From positions 3,424,001-3,488,000 of the forward strand of contig OZ251997.1 of NCBI GenBank assembly GCA_965247095.1: a stretch of 64,000 nucleotides of DNA, written 5' to 3'. The position numbers and the translations under genes were made by a program. Source of the stretch: Candidatus Multivorans sp. (GTDB lineage: Bacteria; Acidobacteriota; Thermoanaerobaculia; Multivoradales; Multivoraceae). Numbering within the stretch: position 1 is the stretch's first letter; each line of letters begins with the position of its first letter. Of the stretch, positions 17,472 through 27,487 are shown one piece after another. Under the pieces are notes generated by a model. It did not search any database. It was not told where the DNA came from and saw nothing but the letters and a program-made list of their open reading frames with translations.

Positions 17472-19198
17472 TGGTTGGGATTCTGCGATGGGTTGACCCC
17501 CAGGCGGTCGAGAAGGGCCTCGAAGCGGTGCTCGCCGTGCAGGTTGTCTAGCCAGGGATGGACCTTCGTCCACAAAGTGAGGCTGCCCTTTCGGGCGAAG
17601 GCCTCCTCCAGCCATTCAAGGGCTGGCTCCCGCTCGTCGAGCCAAGCATAGAGTAGTGCCAGGCCGTAGGGATGGGCTTTGCCGGCCTTCAACCGCAGCA
17701 ACTGCTTCTTAGCCAGCCAGCGGAAGACGCCTTCCTCTCCTTCCGAGGTGTAGATCCGACCCATTTCTTCCGCCTGCTCTGGTTGCCCCCGCCTCTGCAG
17801 GTGGATCTGCCGCTCGTGGATCGCGTCATCGGGTCGCCCCATGGCGGTGTAGACGGTGGCGAGCAGGTTGCGGGTCGCGGGGAAGTCGGTCTCGAACTCG
17901 AGGGTGTGGCGGAGTTGCCCGATGGCCGCATCGTACTGCCGCGAAAAAAAGAGAACCTGAGCGAAAGCCCGACTGCACCGCGGGGCCAGGGGGTCGAGAT
18001 CGACAGCTATCCTCATCTCTCGCTCGGCTTCCTCGAGACGGCCGACCGGGGCCAGACAGAAAATGGCGTAGGCGAGATGCACTCTGGCTGCTCCTGGGTC
18101 GAGCTGCCGCGCGCGTTCGATCGCTAGGTGCGCACCCGGCCAATCCCAGTAGAAGGTGGAACGGATGATCCCGAGGGCTCGATGAGCCCCGGGGAGGGAG
18201 TCGTCGAGCTCGAGTGCCCGGCTCACCGCATCCTCCGCCCTGGGGAGGGTGTCCTCGAACGGCGCCAGCCCGTAATGACACAGATCGGTGAGGGCGAGGC
18301 CGAGCAAGGCAAGACCGTGGGCAAAGTCCGGTTCCAGCTCGAGCGCTCTCTCCAGCAGCTCGACCGCTCGTTCCAGGTGGCGGAACTCACGTGCGAACTG
18401 GTACCGAGCTTCCAGGTAGAGCTGGTAGACCTCCCGATTCTCGGTCGGCCTCTTCAACCGGGAAGGAGTTCGGGGACCCAGAATCGTCTTCCTAACGTGC
18501 GCGACGATCGCTGTGACAATGTCGTCATGGATGGCGAAGGCGTCGCCCAGCTCTCGATCGTAGTGCTCCGACCAAAGCTGGAAGCCGGTCGACGCCCGTG
18601 TCAACCGGACGGCGATTCGTAAACGGCCCTCGGACTTGCGCACGCTGCCCTCGACGAGCGTCGCTACTCCGAGCTTGTTCCCGATCTCCGAGTCGTCCAG
18701 CCCCTTGAGCCCGACGTTGGCGGACGAGGCTCGGCCAATGACCCGCAGCCCCTTCACCTGCGCCAGGGCGTCGATGATCTCTTCAGCCAGCCCGTCACAG
18801 AAGAAGTCGAGCTCCGGGTCGGAGCTCAGATTGGCGATGGGAAGCACGGCGATCGAGCCCTCCAGCGCTGCCTCGACCCGCGCTACGAATCGATATCCCT
18901 TGCCGGGAACCGTCACGATGTAGGGCGTGCCCTCGGTCTCCGTCCCCAGGATCTTGCGCAGAACCGATATGTTCTGGGTGAGGTTGCTGTCGTCGACCGT
19001 CGAGTCCGGCCAGATGAGCCTCATGAGCTCGTCTCTCTCCAATAGACGCCCGCTGTTCTCGACGAGGGCCAGCAGAGTGTCGAAGCTCCTCGATCGAAGT
19101 GGAACGGTGTGACCGCCGCGCAGGAGTCGCCTCTCGCCGACTTCGAGACGGAAGGCACCGAACGAGTACGATCTGCGATCTGGCTCAGAGACTCTCAC
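17468..19198 (-). CDS. Winged-helix (OmpR-type DNA-binding) / TolB-like / TPR regulator
   Basis: YSFGAFRLE...NLTQNISVLRKILG...YIVTVPGKGYRF, SIAVLPIANLS...DGLAEEII, then TPR repeats. Divergent from the TonB-dependent receptor. Confidence 0.88.
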   Translation of the reverse strand: MRVSEPDRRSYSFGAFRLEVGERRLLRGGHTVPLRSRSFDTLLALVENSGRLLERDELMRLIWPDSTVDDSNLTQNISVLRKILGTETEGTPYIVTVPGKGYRFVARVEAALEGSIAVLPIANLSSDPELDFFCDGLAEEIIDALAQVKGLRVIGRASSANVGLKGLDDSEIGNKLGVATLVEGSVRKSEGRLRIAVRLTRASTGFQLWSEHYDRELGDAFAIHDDIVTAIVAHVRKTILGPRTPSRLKRPTENREVYQLYLEARYQFAREFRHLERAVELLERALELEPDFAHGLALLGLALTDLCHYGLAPFEDTLPRAEDAVSRALELDDSLPGAHRALGIIRSTFYWDWPGAHLAIERARQLDPGAARVHLAYAIFCLAPVGRLEEAEREMRIAVDLDPLAPRCSRAFAQVLFFSRQYDAAIGQLRHTLEFETDFPATRNLLATVYTAMGRPDDAIHERQIHLQRRGQPEQAEEMGRIYTSEGEEGVFRWLAKKQLLRLKAGKAHPYGLALLYAWLDEREPALEWLEEAFARKGSLTLWTKVHPWLDNLHGEHRFEALLDRLGVNPSQNPNQ

Positions 19199-19385
19199 TG
19201 GACTGTTCGGGCGCAGCGCCGATCCTCCGCGAGTATATCGAGCGAGATTTTACAGGTTCTCCGAAGAAATCTGCCCCGTCTCCTGGACAAGAGGGGAGTG
19301 CGTGCTGAAGATGTAGACGTAGAGAATTTCGAGAGAGCCCGAGATCCCGATTCAACCGAGTCGCAAGACTCTGGAAGGAGAGATC

Positions 19386-22103
19386 ATGGACGCCACCGCC
19401 CTTAGGTCTTCTATCTGGAGCATCGTCATCGCCCTCTGCGCCTTGCCACTTCTGGCCGACGGTCCGCAGACCGGGACCCTCGACGGCCTGGTGCTCGACG
19501 CTCAGAGCCAACCGCTGCCAGGGGTGACCGTGACCCTCTCCGGTCCCCGCGGCGAGAAGACCGTGATTACAGGCGACGACGGCGTCTTCCGTTTCGCCCT
19601 GCTCGAGGCGGGAGAGTACACGGTGAAGGCCGCCCTCGAGGGGCTCGGGGAGAGCGAGGCAACATCTGCCCGTCTCGAGACCGGCGCCCGTCGTACCCTG
19701 GAGTTGACTCTGGGCGCCGCCACCGAGGAGACGCTCACCGTCACCGCCGCGGCGGCTCTCGTCGACCGGTACGTCGTCGGCAGCTCCGCCAGCCTCGAGA
19801 CGGCGGTGGCGGAGAACTTGAGCTTCGGTGGGCGCCAATATCAATCTTCCTTCAACACACTGCCTGGCGTCACGCACTCCGCCAGGTCGCGGAGGCAGAG
19901 CGACCAGAAGATGGCGGTCAACGGCGGCCAGGACACCGAAGTGGCAGGCATGATCGACGGCGTCGACTCGAGCTTCTCCCGCATGAACGGCAGCGCGCGC
20001 ACGTTCCTGCCCACCAGCGCCCTTCAGGAGGTGCAGTTGGAAAGCGCCGGTTTCTCGACCGAGTACGGGCGGGTGGTCGGTGGGGTCACCAACGCGGTGG
20101 TCAAGAGCGGCACCAACACTTTCCACGGCCAGTTCCTCTACATCCCCCAGAGCCAGAAGTGGCGGGCCGCCGACAAGAATATCGACATCCCCCGCTCGGA
20201 CTCGATCATCTCGAGCTTCGAGGCCAACGTCGGCGGACCCATCGTCAGCGACAAGGCATGGTTCTTCGCCGCTTACGCCGAGCTGGACCAGAATCGCGTC
20301 GACAAGATCACCGCGACCGGCACCCCCTTGGCCGCCGGCCGCACCAACGAGCCGGCGCTCGTCAAGCTCACCTTCCAGCCCAACGACCGCAGCCACCTGA
20401 GGCTGCTGGCAATCGATAGCCCGACCAGGGTGCTCGCGATCCCCCCCACCTCCGGCGACAACTATGGCCCCTTCCCCATCCAGCTCCCCGCCGACATGGT
20501 GACGGCGAGCTGGGGCTATGTCGTCAGCCCGTCGGCGTACTTCGAGCTGCGCGTCGCCGACCAGAATAACAATTCGTACACACAGCCGGGCACGAGCCAC
20601 CCGATCGACCCCAACGCCAGCCCGGACGATCCCCTCGGAAACAACTTCCAATATTTTGACCTTGGCGCGCGCAAATTCTACAACTCCTTCTCATCGTTTG
20701 GAGGATCGGGATTCCTGGAGCTTCCGCGGAAACAAGGTAACGCCTCGATGAGCCTGTTCCGTGGCAGTAACGAGATCAAGTTCGGCATCGACTACCAGGA
20801 CATCGAGTTGACGAGCTTCAATAGCATCGGCGAGAAATTCACTGGAAGAGGCTTCAACAACGCTCTACCCGGCGGCTTCGCGACGCCGCTCTTCAAGGAC
20901 GTCTTCGACCCGGCGGACCCGCGCACGACCACCACGCAGGTAGTCTCCGCTTACGCCCAGGACCGCCTCGATGTCGCCGACCGTTGGAGCCTGCATTTCG
21001 GCCTGCGTCTCGACAGCCAGACGGCCGACAACGACGGCGGTGAGGAAGCCGTCTCTTGGACCAAAGTCGCGCCCCGCTTCGGTGCGGTCTACGACGTCAA
21101 GGGCGACGGCCAGCTGCTGCTCAAGGCCTCTGCTGGGCGCTACTACCAGATCTTCCCCCAGGTCCTGGTCGAGGTTGAGTTCGCCCGCGCGCCCACCGGC
21201 ACCAATATCTTCGACCGATTCGGGTGGAATCCCGCGACCCAGCGCTACAACATCTTCCAGCGTCGTTCGAATACCGTTGGGGACAATGCGATCCAGGAGC
21301 TCGATCCCTACTTCAAGGACGAGGTCACGTTCGGTACGCAGTGGCAGTTCTCGGACGCCTGGGTGTTCGAGGCGCAGGCGATCTGGTGGGAGCTCTCCGA
21401 TCTCCTCTGGGCCTCCGACCAGTTCGACGCGGCCGGCGCGATCTATCGCGACGTGCGCAACTGGGACGGGGGCTTCCGTGACTACGTCGGGCTGCGTCTC
21501 GAGATCAACCGCGCCTTTCGCGACGGCTGGACCCTGCGTACCAACTACACCCTGAGCAAGAACGAGGGCAACAACTTCGGCCGCAATGACAACAGCTTCC
21601 ACTTCGACGACGACCTCTTCGAGGGTCTGGGGGGGATCGAGGTCGGCACCGGCGCTAGCAACGCCACCTCGGTCAACCGCGATGGGCGCGGCTTTCTCGA
21701 TCGCACCCACAACCTGAACGTCGTCGCGCTCAAGCAGTTCACAGTTGGGGAGCAGACCTTCTCAATCGGGGGGTACCTGGCCTTCCGCAGCGGCGAGCCT
21801 TGGGGCCTGCGTCAATCGACCTTCGTTGCGCACCCGCAGTCGGGACAGAGGATCCGCACCACCTCCTACCGTGAGCCACGCGACGCCAACGAGCTAGAGG
21901 ACACCATCGAGCTGAGCTTGACCGGCTCCTGGAACTTCCCGATCACAGGGCGCGTCCAGGGCCGCGTGGCGATCGAGGCTGTGAACCTCAACAACGATCA
22001 GGAGCTGGTCGGCATCAACCGGGCGAACGGCCGGCCGATACCGGGCGTCACGGCCTACCAGATGCCGAGGGAGATCAGGGGGCAGATCGGCATCCAGTTC
22101 TAG
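19386..22103 (+). CDS. TonB-dependent receptor with carboxypeptidase-regulatory-like N-terminal domain
   Basis: Signal peptide, LPGVTVTLSG, AGFSTEYGRVVGGVTNAVVKSGTNTFHG plug motif, SAYAQDR, terminal Phe (GIQF). Confidence 0.9.
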   Translation: MDATALRSSIWSIVIALCALPLLADGPQTGTLDGLVLDAQSQPLPGVTVTLSGPRGEKTVITGDDGVFRFALLEAGEYTVKAALEGLGESEATSARLETGARRTLELTLGAATEETLTVTAAAALVDRYVVGSSASLETAVAENLSFGGRQYQSSFNTLPGVTHSARSRRQSDQKMAVNGGQDTEVAGMIDGVDSSFSRMNGSARTFLPTSALQEVQLESAGFSTEYGRVVGGVTNAVVKSGTNTFHGQFLYIPQSQKWRAADKNIDIPRSDSIISSFEANVGGPIVSDKAWFFAAYAELDQNRVDKITATGTPLAAGRTNEPALVKLTFQPNDRSHLRLLAIDSPTRVLAIPPTSGDNYGPFPIQLPADMVTASWGYVVSPSAYFELRVADQNNNSYTQPGTSHPIDPNASPDDPLGNNFQYFDLGARKFYNSFSSFGGSGFLELPRKQGNASMSLFRGSNEIKFGIDYQDIELTSFNSIGEKFTGRGFNNALPGGFATPLFKDVFDPADPRTTTTQVVSAYAQDRLDVADRWSLHFGLRLDSQTADNDGGEEAVSWTKVAPRFGAVYDVKGDGQLLLKASAGRYYQIFPQVLVEVEFARAPTGTNIFDRFGWNPATQRYNIFQRRSNTVGDNAIQELDPYFKDEVTFGTQWQFSDAWVFEAQAIWWELSDLLWASDQFDAAGAIYRDVRNWDGGFRDYVGLRLEINRAFRDGWTLRTNYTLSKNEGNNFGRNDNSFHFDDDLFEGLGGIEVGTGASNATSVNRDGRGFLDRTHNLNVVALKQFTVGEQTFSIGGYLAFRSGEPWGLRQSTFVAHPQSGQRIRTTSYREPRDANELEDTIELSLTGSWNFPITGRVQGRVAIEAVNLNNDQELVGINRANGRPIPGVTAYQMPREIRGQIGIQF

Positions 22104-22140
22104 AAGGGCTCTGCTTACAGCGCCCCATAAACTCCACTCG

Positions 22141-23760
22141 ATGAAGCAAATGTCCGGCGTCGTAACTCGACGCGATCTGCTCCGCAATCTCGGCCTGGCA
22201 GCCGGGACCGGCTTGTTGACCGCTCGTTGTGGCCGTCGTGATGCCGGTTCGCCCGGCGAGCGGCCCAACATCGTCATGATCATGTCCGACGACATGGGTT
22301 ACTCCGACCTGGGCTGTTACGGAGGCGAAATCCGCACCCCGCACCTGGACCGGTTGGGTTTCGGTGGGATGCGCTTCACACGCTTCTACACAAACAACGT
22401 GTGCTCGCCGTCGCGAGCGTCCCTGATGACGGGGATTCAAAGCGACCTCTCGCTCGAATTGGGAGAAGGGCCGGGGCTGCAACAGGCGCACATCACCCAC
22501 CGTGCACCGACCCTTGCCGAGGCGCTCCGAGGCGCCGGTTACGGAACGTACATGAGCGGCAAATGGCATTTGGCCTCGGCCACGGACGATTTCGCGAACC
22601 TTCCTTGTCAACGAGGCTTCGATCGATTCTATGGTGGCATTATCGGGGCCTACAGCTACTTTGCGCCGTACTCGTTGATGCGAGACAACCAAACTTGTCC
22701 CGAGGAGTACGAAGACCCCGCCTACTATTTCACTGACGCGATATCCGACAATGCCGTCGATTTCCTGGAAGAGGCGGATGACAAGGACGAACCCTTCTTT
22801 CTCTACGTGGCTTATAACGCCCCCCACTGGCCGCTTCATGCCCGCGAGAGCGACGTCGCGAAATACAGGGGGAACTACGCGCTCGGCTGGGACGAGCTTC
22901 GCGATCAGCGACACGCCCGAATGAAGAAGTTGGGAGTCATCGATCCGGATTGGCAGCTCTCCCCAAGGAACCCTGACGTGCCGGCGTGGGAAGACGAGCC
23001 GCACAAAGATTGGCAGCAACGGCGCATGGAAGTCTATGCCGCCCAAGTCGAGGTCATGGACGAAGGGATCGGACGCATCCTCGCGGAGCTCGAGCGTCAG
23101 GGCAAGCTCGACAATACCCTCGTCTGCTTCCAGCACGACAATGGCGGCTGCCGCGTCGAATACACGACCGATCACCCACATGAGAAATTCCAGTTCGAGG
23201 GGACACGTGACGGCCGTCCGCTCCGCGCCGGAAATGATCCGGGGATTCTGCCCGGGCCCGAAGACACGTTTCAGAGCTACGGCTACGGCTGGGCGAACGC
23301 GTCCAACACGCCGTTTCGACTCTACAAATCGCACGACCACGAGGGCGGGATCTGTGTTCCGTTGATTGCTCACTGGCCAGGGGTCATCAAGCCCGGCGCG
23401 ATCAACGAGCAAACAGCCCACGTCACGGACCTGCTGCCGACGTTTCTTGAAGTTGCCCGCGCTGAGCGTCCGCCTGCTCCAGGGGACGAGCCGCCCATGC
23501 CCATGGATGGCCGTACCCTGGCCTCTGTGTTGCGGGGGCACAGACGGGAGCCGCCCGCGGCACTTTTCTGGCAAGGGCTCGCGAGCGGCAGCCGCGCCGT
23601 GCGCCAGGGCAAGTGGAAGCTCGTGGCGGCCGGTGATCAACCGTGGGAACTCTACGATGTCGAGGCCGATGGGACGGAGCTGAGCGACCTCGCGCCCCAG
23701 ATGAGCGGAAAAGCCGCGGAACTGGCAGCCCTGTGGGACGAGTGGGCTTCGCGTAGATGA
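22141..23760 (+). CDS. Arylsulfatase, Tat-exported
   Basis: TRRDLL Tat motif, RPNIVMIMSDDMGYSDLGCYG, CSPSRASLMTG, GKWHL, AYNAPHWPL. Confidence 0.92.
   Translation: MKQMSGVVTRRDLLRNLGLAAGTGLLTARCGRRDAGSPGERPNIVMIMSDDMGYSDLGCYGGEIRTPHLDRLGFGGMRFTRFYTNNVCSPSRASLMTGIQSDLSLELGEGPGLQQAHITHRAPTLAEALRGAGYGTYMSGKWHLASATDDFANLPCQRGFDRFYGGIIGAYSYFAPYSLMRDNQTCPEEYEDPAYYFTDAISDNAVDFLEEADDKDEPFFLYVAYNAPHWPLHARESDVAKYRGNYALGWDELRDQRHARMKKLGVIDPDWQLSPRNPDVPAWEDEPHKDWQQRRMEVYAAQVEVMDEGIGRILAELERQGKLDNTLVCFQHDNGGCRVEYTTDHPHEKFQFEGTRDGRPLRAGNDPGILPGPEDTFQSYGYGWANASNTPFRLYKSHDHEGGICVPLIAHWPGVIKPGAINEQTAHVTDLLPTFLEVARAERPPAPGDEPPMPMDGRTLASVLRGHRREPPAALFWQGLASGSRAVRQGKWKLVAAGDQPWELYDVEADGTELSDLAPQMSGKAAELAALWDEWASRR
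23732..23757 (+). repeat. 26-bp direct repeat, left copy (3' end of arylsulfatase)
   Basis: TGTGGGACGAGTGGGCTTCGCGTAGA, identical to 24730-24755. Confidence 0.9.
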
Positions 23761-24704
23761 TCGCCCCCCACCCCTTCGACGTACCGATCCATCTCTGCGG
23801 GGCTCTGCGATCACCGAAGCAGATGCTCGCCGACCAGGAGGAGGACGGCCATGCCTCGGTGCACGACGACCAAACGGCGAAGCAACTAGGCTTTCGTGCC
23901 GGCCCGATCGAAGGGCCGACCCACTTCAGCCAGTTCGAGCCGTTGCTTGCCGAGATCTGGGGCAAAGAGTGGTTCGAGAGCGGCTGCCTGAGCGCCCACT
24001 ACCGCAATATGGTGATTGAAGGGGAGGAGGTGCGGACATTCGTGGAGCGGCCGACCGAAGGTGAGATCCAGGTCCGGATCCGAGCGGAGAAGGCCGATGG
24101 CACGGAGGTTCTGGTCGGTACCGCCTCGATCGGCAGCGATCCGCCACAGTCCGAGCTGGAGACCCGCCTCGCCAATCTTCGCCCACCTGGGCAGCTGGTG
24201 ATCCTGCGTGATCTCGAGGTCGGCATGCGGGGGGCCGTGGTCGAAGAGGTGCGGATGGACTTCGACCAAAATATGGGTAAGTTGTACCCCTTCTCGCTCA
24301 ACCAGAAGCTGGAGAAGATGACCGAGCGATCGCCCTGGTTCACCGAGGAGGGTGGCGGCGGCTCGCCCTGGGGTCGAGCGATCATTCCGCTCGAGATGGT
24401 CAGTGTGCTGCTCTGCTATAGCGGCGATCTTGCCTGCTTCCCCAGGCGCGGTCCGGCCGTCGGTCTCATTGCAGGCCAGCAGATCCGGATGATCAAAGGT
24501 CCGCTCTTCGTCAGCGAGGACTACTTCGTCGATCGCGAGATCATCGCGCTGAGCGAGAGTCGGCGAACCGAGTCGACCTGGACCCGGGTGTCTGTCCGTG
24601 AGCCGGGGTCGAAGGATCTGGTGGCCGAGATGATCGTCGGCGGAGCCACTCTCAAGGACTCGTACGCCAACTACCAGCAGGAGTTGGCGGCGTTGACTCG
24701 ATAG
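23757..24704 (+). CDS. Hypothetical protein, probable double hot-dog fold
   Basis: SVHDDQTAKQLGFRAGPIEGPTHF resembles the MaoC-type hydratase motif. Second half contains SPWGRAIIP and GPLFV. Confidence 0.55.
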   Translation: MIAPHPFDVPIHLCGALRSPKQMLADQEEDGHASVHDDQTAKQLGFRAGPIEGPTHFSQFEPLLAEIWGKEWFESGCLSAHYRNMVIEGEEVRTFVERPTEGEIQVRIRAEKADGTEVLVGTASIGSDPPQSELETRLANLRPPGQLVILRDLEVGMRGAVVEEVRMDFDQNMGKLYPFSLNQKLEKMTERSPWFTEEGGGGSPWGRAIIPLEMVSVLLCYSGDLACFPRRGPAVGLIAGQQIRMIKGPLFVSEDYFVDREIIALSESRRTESTWTRVSVREPGSKDLVAEMIVGGATLKDSYANYQQELAALTR

Positions 24705-24729
24705 TGGAGCCTGGGGCTGTCGCGCCCTT

Positions 24730-24755
24730 TGTGGGACGAGTGGGCTTCGCGTAGA
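24730..24755 (+). repeat. 26-bp direct repeat, right copy
   Basis: TGTGGGACGAGTGGGCTTCGCGTAGA, identical to 23732-23757. Confidence 0.9.
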
Positions 24756-24757
24756 AA

Positions 24758-25993
24758 CTAGTAGTGCACGCCCTTGACGGGCCGCGGCACCGGGGTCGTG
24801 CGTGGGGCCTCGATACGACGGTGCATCTCTTCGTAGGACGCGCCGCCCTCTACCTTGGCGGCCATCTCGTCAGGGTCGAAGTCGATGCCGGTGGGGTTGC
24901 GGGCGAAGTCGGGGCCCCGGATGTAGGCCAGCCCCTCCGCCTTGGTGGGGTAGTTGTCGACCTGTGTCTCGAGCCTGTTGCCGTCGGGATCGGCGTAGTA
25001 GAGCGACGTGGTCATGCCGTGGTTGGTGCACCAGTAAGGTGGTTTGACGCCGCTCTCTTTCAGTCTGGCATAGGTATCGACGGCGAGTTCGCCCATGGTC
25101 TTGTACTCGAAGGCGAAGTGGTCGTAGCCCTGGTCTCCGGCGCCGCGCTCCAGCTTCCTGTCCTCGACGAGCAGGATGCGCAGAAGTCGGTGGTCGAAGC
25201 GCAGCAGGGCCAGACTCTCACTGCGCTCGGCAGCGTCACAGCCCAGCACCTGCACGTACCAGTCGACCATCGGCTCCAACTGCCTGGTGCGGATGACGGT
25301 GTGGACGAGTTCGGAGGGCGCGACGGTTTCCTTCTCCGCGGACGCCGCATCGCCTGGGGCAGGCAGACTGTGCAGATCGAAGTCGACTCCGGCGGCGGAT
25401 TCCTCCGAGCCTGCGGCCTCCCCCAGATAGGGCTCGAGATCTTCGATTCGATCGAAGCGGTCGAGGAGCATCTCGATCCGATTGCCGCTGGGGTCGGCAT
25501 AGAGGAGTGAAACGCTGTCGCCGTAGCGTCTGGCTGCGCGCGGCTCGATTCCCCCGAGTTTCAGAGCGTGATAGTTGGCGCCGAGCTCGGTGAGCGAGTC
25601 GTAGCTGAAGGTGAAGCGATCCCAACCGAGAAGGCCGGCTTCAGGCACAGGTCGACCGCCTCGCGCGAAGATCGAGATGCGGTGATGCTCGGTGTCGTAG
25701 GAGCACCAGGCGCCTCCACGAGCGCCTTGACGAGCGACGTGGTGGGGACGGCAACGAAGGAGGGTCTCGTAGAAGGTCAGTGCCTCGTTCAGGTCGGTGG
25801 TATTCACCGCCATGTGGGCGAAGGCGGAGGGCGACACGATGTCAGCGCTTCTCGCCCCCCGCGCCGAGCCCACTCCCAGGCAAGCCCCGGCCGCCACCAT
25901 GGCTCCCTCCAGGAAGCGGCGCCGATCCATCGAGGGACCGGAGTGATCCGTTTGGGTGGCTCGCATTGTGGGCACCTCCTGCCGAGTTTTCAC
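24758..25993 (-). CDS. Tat-exported tandem VOC/glyoxalase (extradiol dioxygenase-like) protein
   Basis: DRRRFLE Tat motif. Two repeats: HMAVNT...YDTEHHRI...LYADPSGNRIE and HTVIRT...DHFAFEY...NHGMTTSLYYADPDGNRLE. Start codon uncertain. Confidence 0.8.
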   Translation of the reverse strand: MKTRQEVPTMRATQTDHSGPSMDRRRFLEGAMVAAGACLGVGSARGARSADIVSPSAFAHMAVNTTDLNEALTFYETLLRCRPHHVARQGARGGAWCSYDTEHHRISIFARGGRPVPEAGLLGWDRFTFSYDSLTELGANYHALKLGGIEPRAARRYGDSVSLLYADPSGNRIEMLLDRFDRIEDLEPYLGEAAGSEESAAGVDFDLHSLPAPGDAASAEKETVAPSELVHTVIRTRQLEPMVDWYVQVLGCDAAERSESLALLRFDHRLLRILLVEDRKLERGAGDQGYDHFAFEYKTMGELAVDTYARLKESGVKPPYWCTNHGMTTSLYYADPDGNRLETQVDNYPTKAEGLAYIRGPDFARNPTGIDFDPDEMAAKVEGGASYEEMHRRIEAPRTTPVPRPVKGVHY

Positions 25994-26041
25994 GAAATCA
26001 TTTTCTAGTTTGCCACATCGCTGCCCCAGACTCCAGTCGGC

Positions 26042-27487
26042 CTAGGGAGTGCTGGTCCACTCTGCTTCGGCGTACGGCGTCTTGGTTGGCGGTGTCTCGT
26101 CAGGCAGAGGATGCGTGGGGCTGCCCGGAGCGCCTCTCACCGGCCCAGGGGCTGCGTGTCTGCCGTGCGTTTCCGCTTTCGGAAGCGCCTCGAATGCACT
26201 GGCGAGCCGTTCCAGGATCTCCGGGTGGTCCGCCGCCAGATCGGTCGACTCGGTCGGGTCCTGGACGATGTTGAAGAGCTGCCGCTCGAATTCCTGAGTT
26301 TCCGGGTTCGGCATTTGGACCAGTTTCCACTCGCCATCCAGGTAGCCGAAGTAGTAGTCCTGTTCCGGAGGCCCGCGCCAGATCTGGATGAACGGCTTAT
26401 CGCTGAACTCGGCTTCGCCGCGGAGCGCGGGCCAGAGATTTCGACCATCCAGCGGCTTTGGCGACTCCGCCGTAGTTCCTGTGGCGGCCAGCAGCGTCGG
26501 CAACACGTCTTCCACCGACGTGGCCCCGGCAATAGATGATCCGCCCGGCACTTCGGCCGGCCAGTGTATGAGGGCCGGAACGCGGATACCTCCCTCCCAC
26601 CCGGTGAATTTCTCACCCCGCAGCGGGCCGTTGTCCGCCCCGACACTCTCCAAACCTCCGTTGTCGCTCATGAAGAAGATGAGTGTGTTCTCAGAACGCC
26701 CGGCTTCGTCGAGTGCCGCCCGGAGCTCGCCGATCCCGGAGTCGACTTCCGTCACCATCGCCGCAAAGATCCTGCGATGCTCATCCTCGATCGCGGAGTA
26801 CGCATCGATCGCTTCTTGCGGCGCCTGCAGAGGCGAATGAGGCGCGTTGTAAGACAGGTAGAGGAACACCGGTCTCTCTGGATCGCTCTCGCCGATCAGG
26901 CGGACGGCCTCCCGGGTCTGTAGGTGCGTGGCGTAGCCCTCTTCCATCACGGTCGACCCGTTGCGCTGCCAATCGATCGCGCCCCAGACCGTGTGCTGGT
27001 AGTAGTTCATGAAGCCAACCAATCCGCCGTAGAAATGATCGAAGCCGCGGTTCTGCGGATAGTACGGCTTCTTGTTCGGTCCGAGGTGCCACTTGCCGAC
27101 CGCGAAGGTCTGGTAGCCGGCGTCCTGGAGATACTCCGCCAGGAGCTTCTCGTCGAGCGGCAGTCCGGTATCGAACCAGGGCTCGAGCGCCCTCAGGACT
27201 CCCGTGTTCAGTGGCGAGCGACCCGTCATCAGCGCGGCGCGCGTCGGAGAACAGATCGGGTGGACGTAGAAGCGATCGAACGTCACTCCCTCCCTTGCGA
27301 GCGCGTCAATCTGCGGCGTTCGGATCTCGCTTCCGTTGTAACCCACGTCCCCGAAACCAAGGTCATCCGTCACGATCACGACAACGTTGGGGGGTGCTAA
27401 CGCTTCTTCCTCGTCGGCAGCGCAGCCCCCCATTCCCACAACGGCTAGTGCGATCGCGAGGCTCAGATACCGTTCTGTTCGATTCAT
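26042..27487 (-). CDS. Arylsulfatase B-like sulfatase, lipoprotein
   Basis: MGGC lipobox-like, PNVVVIVTDDLGFGDVG, CSPTRAALMTGR, GKWHLG, YNAPHSPLQAP. Confidence 0.92.
   Translation of the reverse strand: MNRTERYLSLAIALAVVGMGGCAADEEEALAPPNVVVIVTDDLGFGDVGYNGSEIRTPQIDALAREGVTFDRFYVHPICSPTRAALMTGRSPLNTGVLRALEPWFDTGLPLDEKLLAEYLQDAGYQTFAVGKWHLGPNKKPYYPQNRGFDHFYGGLVGFMNYYQHTVWGAIDWQRNGSTVMEEGYATHLQTREAVRLIGESDPERPVFLYLSYNAPHSPLQAPQEAIDAYSAIEDEHRRIFAAMVTEVDSGIGELRAALDEAGRSENTLIFFMSDNGGLESVGADNGPLRGEKFTGWEGGIRVPALIHWPAEVPGGSSIAGATSVEDVLPTLLAATGTTAESPKPLDGRNLWPALRGEAEFSDKPFIQIWRGPPEQDYYFGYLDGEWKLVQMPNPETQEFERQLFNIVQDPTESTDLAADHPEILERLASAFEALPKAETHGRHAAPGPVRGAPGSPTHPLPDETPPTKTPYAEAEWTSTP

Noticed and set aside
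23732-24755. CRISPR array or integron cassette interpretation of the repeats
   Set aside because: Only two copies 1 kb apart, no spacer periodicity, no cas genes, and no attC-like palindrome or integron integrase.
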